Source of the DNA: Deltaproteobacteria bacterium
Lineage (GTDB): Bacteria > Myxococcota_A > UBA9160 > UBA6930
Assembly (NCBI GenBank): GCA_031401135.1
Contig: JANNRF010000394.1
Coordinates: forward strand, 1 to 56,972
Length of the DNA: 56,972 nucleotides
Direction: 5' to 3'
Shown here: positions 55,917 through 56,972 of the stretch, piece by piece
Layout of the letters: every line of letters begins with the position of its first letter
Numbering within the stretch: position 1 is the first letter of the stretch
Translations under genes and position numbers: made by a program
Notes under the pieces: model-generated
Seen by the model: only the letters and a program-made list of their open reading frames with translations
Told to the model about the DNA's origin: nothing
Databases searched by the model: none

Positions 55917-56972
55917 TCTGCCTCTCTCCGGGCTGCGGATTCTCGATCTCACGCGCGTGGTCGCGGGGCCATTTGCGACGGCGATCTTCGCGGACCTCGG
56001 CGCGGACGTCGTGAAGATCGAGGCGCCCCGCACCGGCGACGACTATCGCTACGGCCCGTCGCCGCCAGGGCAGACCTCGCTCTCGTTCCAGAACAACAAC
56101 CGCGGCAAGCGCTCGATCACGCTCGACGTGCGCTCGCCCGAAGGCCGCGAGCTGTTACTGAAGCTCGTGGACGGCGCCGACGCGCTGATCGAGAATTTCC
56201 GCGCGGGCTACATGGCGAAGTGCGGCCTCGGCCCCGAGCTGCTGCAAGCGCGCAACCCGCACCTCGTGGTCGCCTCGCTCTCCGGCTTCGGGAAGACCGG
56301 GCCGCGCGCGGGCGAGCCCTCCTACGACATCGTCGCGCAGGCCACTGGCGGCATGATGGCGATGACCGGCTTCGCGGATGCGCCGCCTGTTAGGGCCGGC
56401 GGCGCGGTCGGCGATTTCGTCGGCGGGCTCTACCTGGCGCTCGGCGTCGCGGTCGCGCTGCTCGAGCGCGAGCGCACCGGCAAGGCGCGCGTGCTCGATC
56501 TCTCGAACCAAGACTGTGTGTTCGCGATCACCGATTCTGCGGCGACGATCTTCTCGGGCATCGGCGCGAAGATGGAGCGCGTCGGCAACGCGCATCCGTT
56601 CAGCTCGCCCTACGACAGCTTCGCTGCACGCGACGGCTTCATCGTGGTGGGCACAGCCAGTAACAAGCTGTTCCGCAAGCTGTGCGACGCGATCGGGCGC
56701 CCGGAGCTCGGCCGCGACGAGCGTTTCAAGAACCACCGCGTGCGCGCGGCGAATCGAGTCGAGCTCTCCGCGATCATCGCGGAGTGGATGCGCGCGCGGA
56801 GTTGCGACGAAGTGCTCAGCGCGCTCGGCCCGAACGGCGCCGACGTGCCGTGCGCGCGGGTCGCCAGCCCGCACGAGCTGATCGACGACCCGCAGCTGAT
56901 CGCGCGCGGCATGATCGAGCGCCAGCCGCATCCGCAGCTCGGCGAGATCGTCTTCCACGGCAACGCGCTGCG
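55876..56972 (+). CDS. CaiB/BaiF family III CoA-transferase (runs off the window end)
   Basis: Frame +1: PLSGLRILDLTRVVAGPF, DLGADVVKIE, NRGKRSITLD, ENFR, SGFG and YD. Absent from the ORF track because it has no stop in the window. Start GTG 55876 (or ATG 55855). Confidence 0.93.
   Translation, partial: MTGEKLNFLTERPRLPLSGLRILDLTRVVAGPFATAIFADLGADVVKIEAPRTGDDYRYGPSPPGQTSLSFQNNNRGKRSITLDVRSPEGRELLLKLVDGADALIENFRAGYMAKCGLGPELLQARNPHLVVASLSGFGKTGPRAGEPSYDIVAQATGGMMAMTGFADAPPVRAGGAVGDFVGGLYLALGVAVALLERERTGKARVLDLSNQDCVFAITDSAATIFSGIGAKMERVGNAHPFSSPYDSFAARDGFIVVGTASNKLFRKLCDAIGRPELGRDERFKNHRVRAANRVELSAIIAEWMRARSCDEVLSALGPNGADVPCARVASPHELIDDPQLIARGMIERQPHPQLGEIVFHGNAL

Noticed and set aside
13833-56394. 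GTTAGGC-like sites read as integron attC cores
   Set aside because: They sit inside housekeeping CDSs without paired inverse cores or cassette structure, and no integrase is present.
1-56972. CRISPR array, rRNA or tRNA genes, prophage
   Set aside because: No regularly spaced repeats, RNA gene signatures or phage genes were seen.

Overview
High-GC (about 70% by eye) bacterial chromosomal segment, probably Myxococcota/deltaproteobacterial lineage (inferred from the gene set and a Cys-Gly-x-Gly-TM-RRRR C-terminal sorting signal). In order: AsmA-like protein, XRE regulator, ptsP (apparent ATT start), a secreted metallopeptidase, an EamA/acyltransferase/EEP operon, cyoE-DUF420 and an A1-type cytochrome c oxidase operon (di-heme cytochrome c, a 35-aa membrane peptide, subunits II, I, III, IV, a second III, and a CxxC peptide). 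Then ydbH-ynbE-ydbL, leuS, ppsR, a 2-hydroxyacid dehydrogenase, an AAA-ATPase/recQ/NYN/macrodomain run, a decayed toxin-antitoxin patch, a roughly 19-kb divergent surface-glycan locus with an FkbH-ACP-MaoC-methyltransferase-acyltransferase module, an IS3 remnant, a secreted hydrolase, frdABCD and a partial family III CoA-transferase. Most notable: (1) an oxidase with an intact D-channel but no canonical K-channel residues; (2) two copies of a nested hairpin with a conserved internal loop but unrelated stems, flanked by strand-skewed DNA; (3) the heptamer TGTTASG, which looks over-represented across the window; (4) the glyceryl-ACP glycan-tailoring module; (5) a 102-bp palindrome that appears to supply a gene start. 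No rRNA, tRNA or CRISPR array was seen. All family calls come from motif recognition by eye, not database searches.
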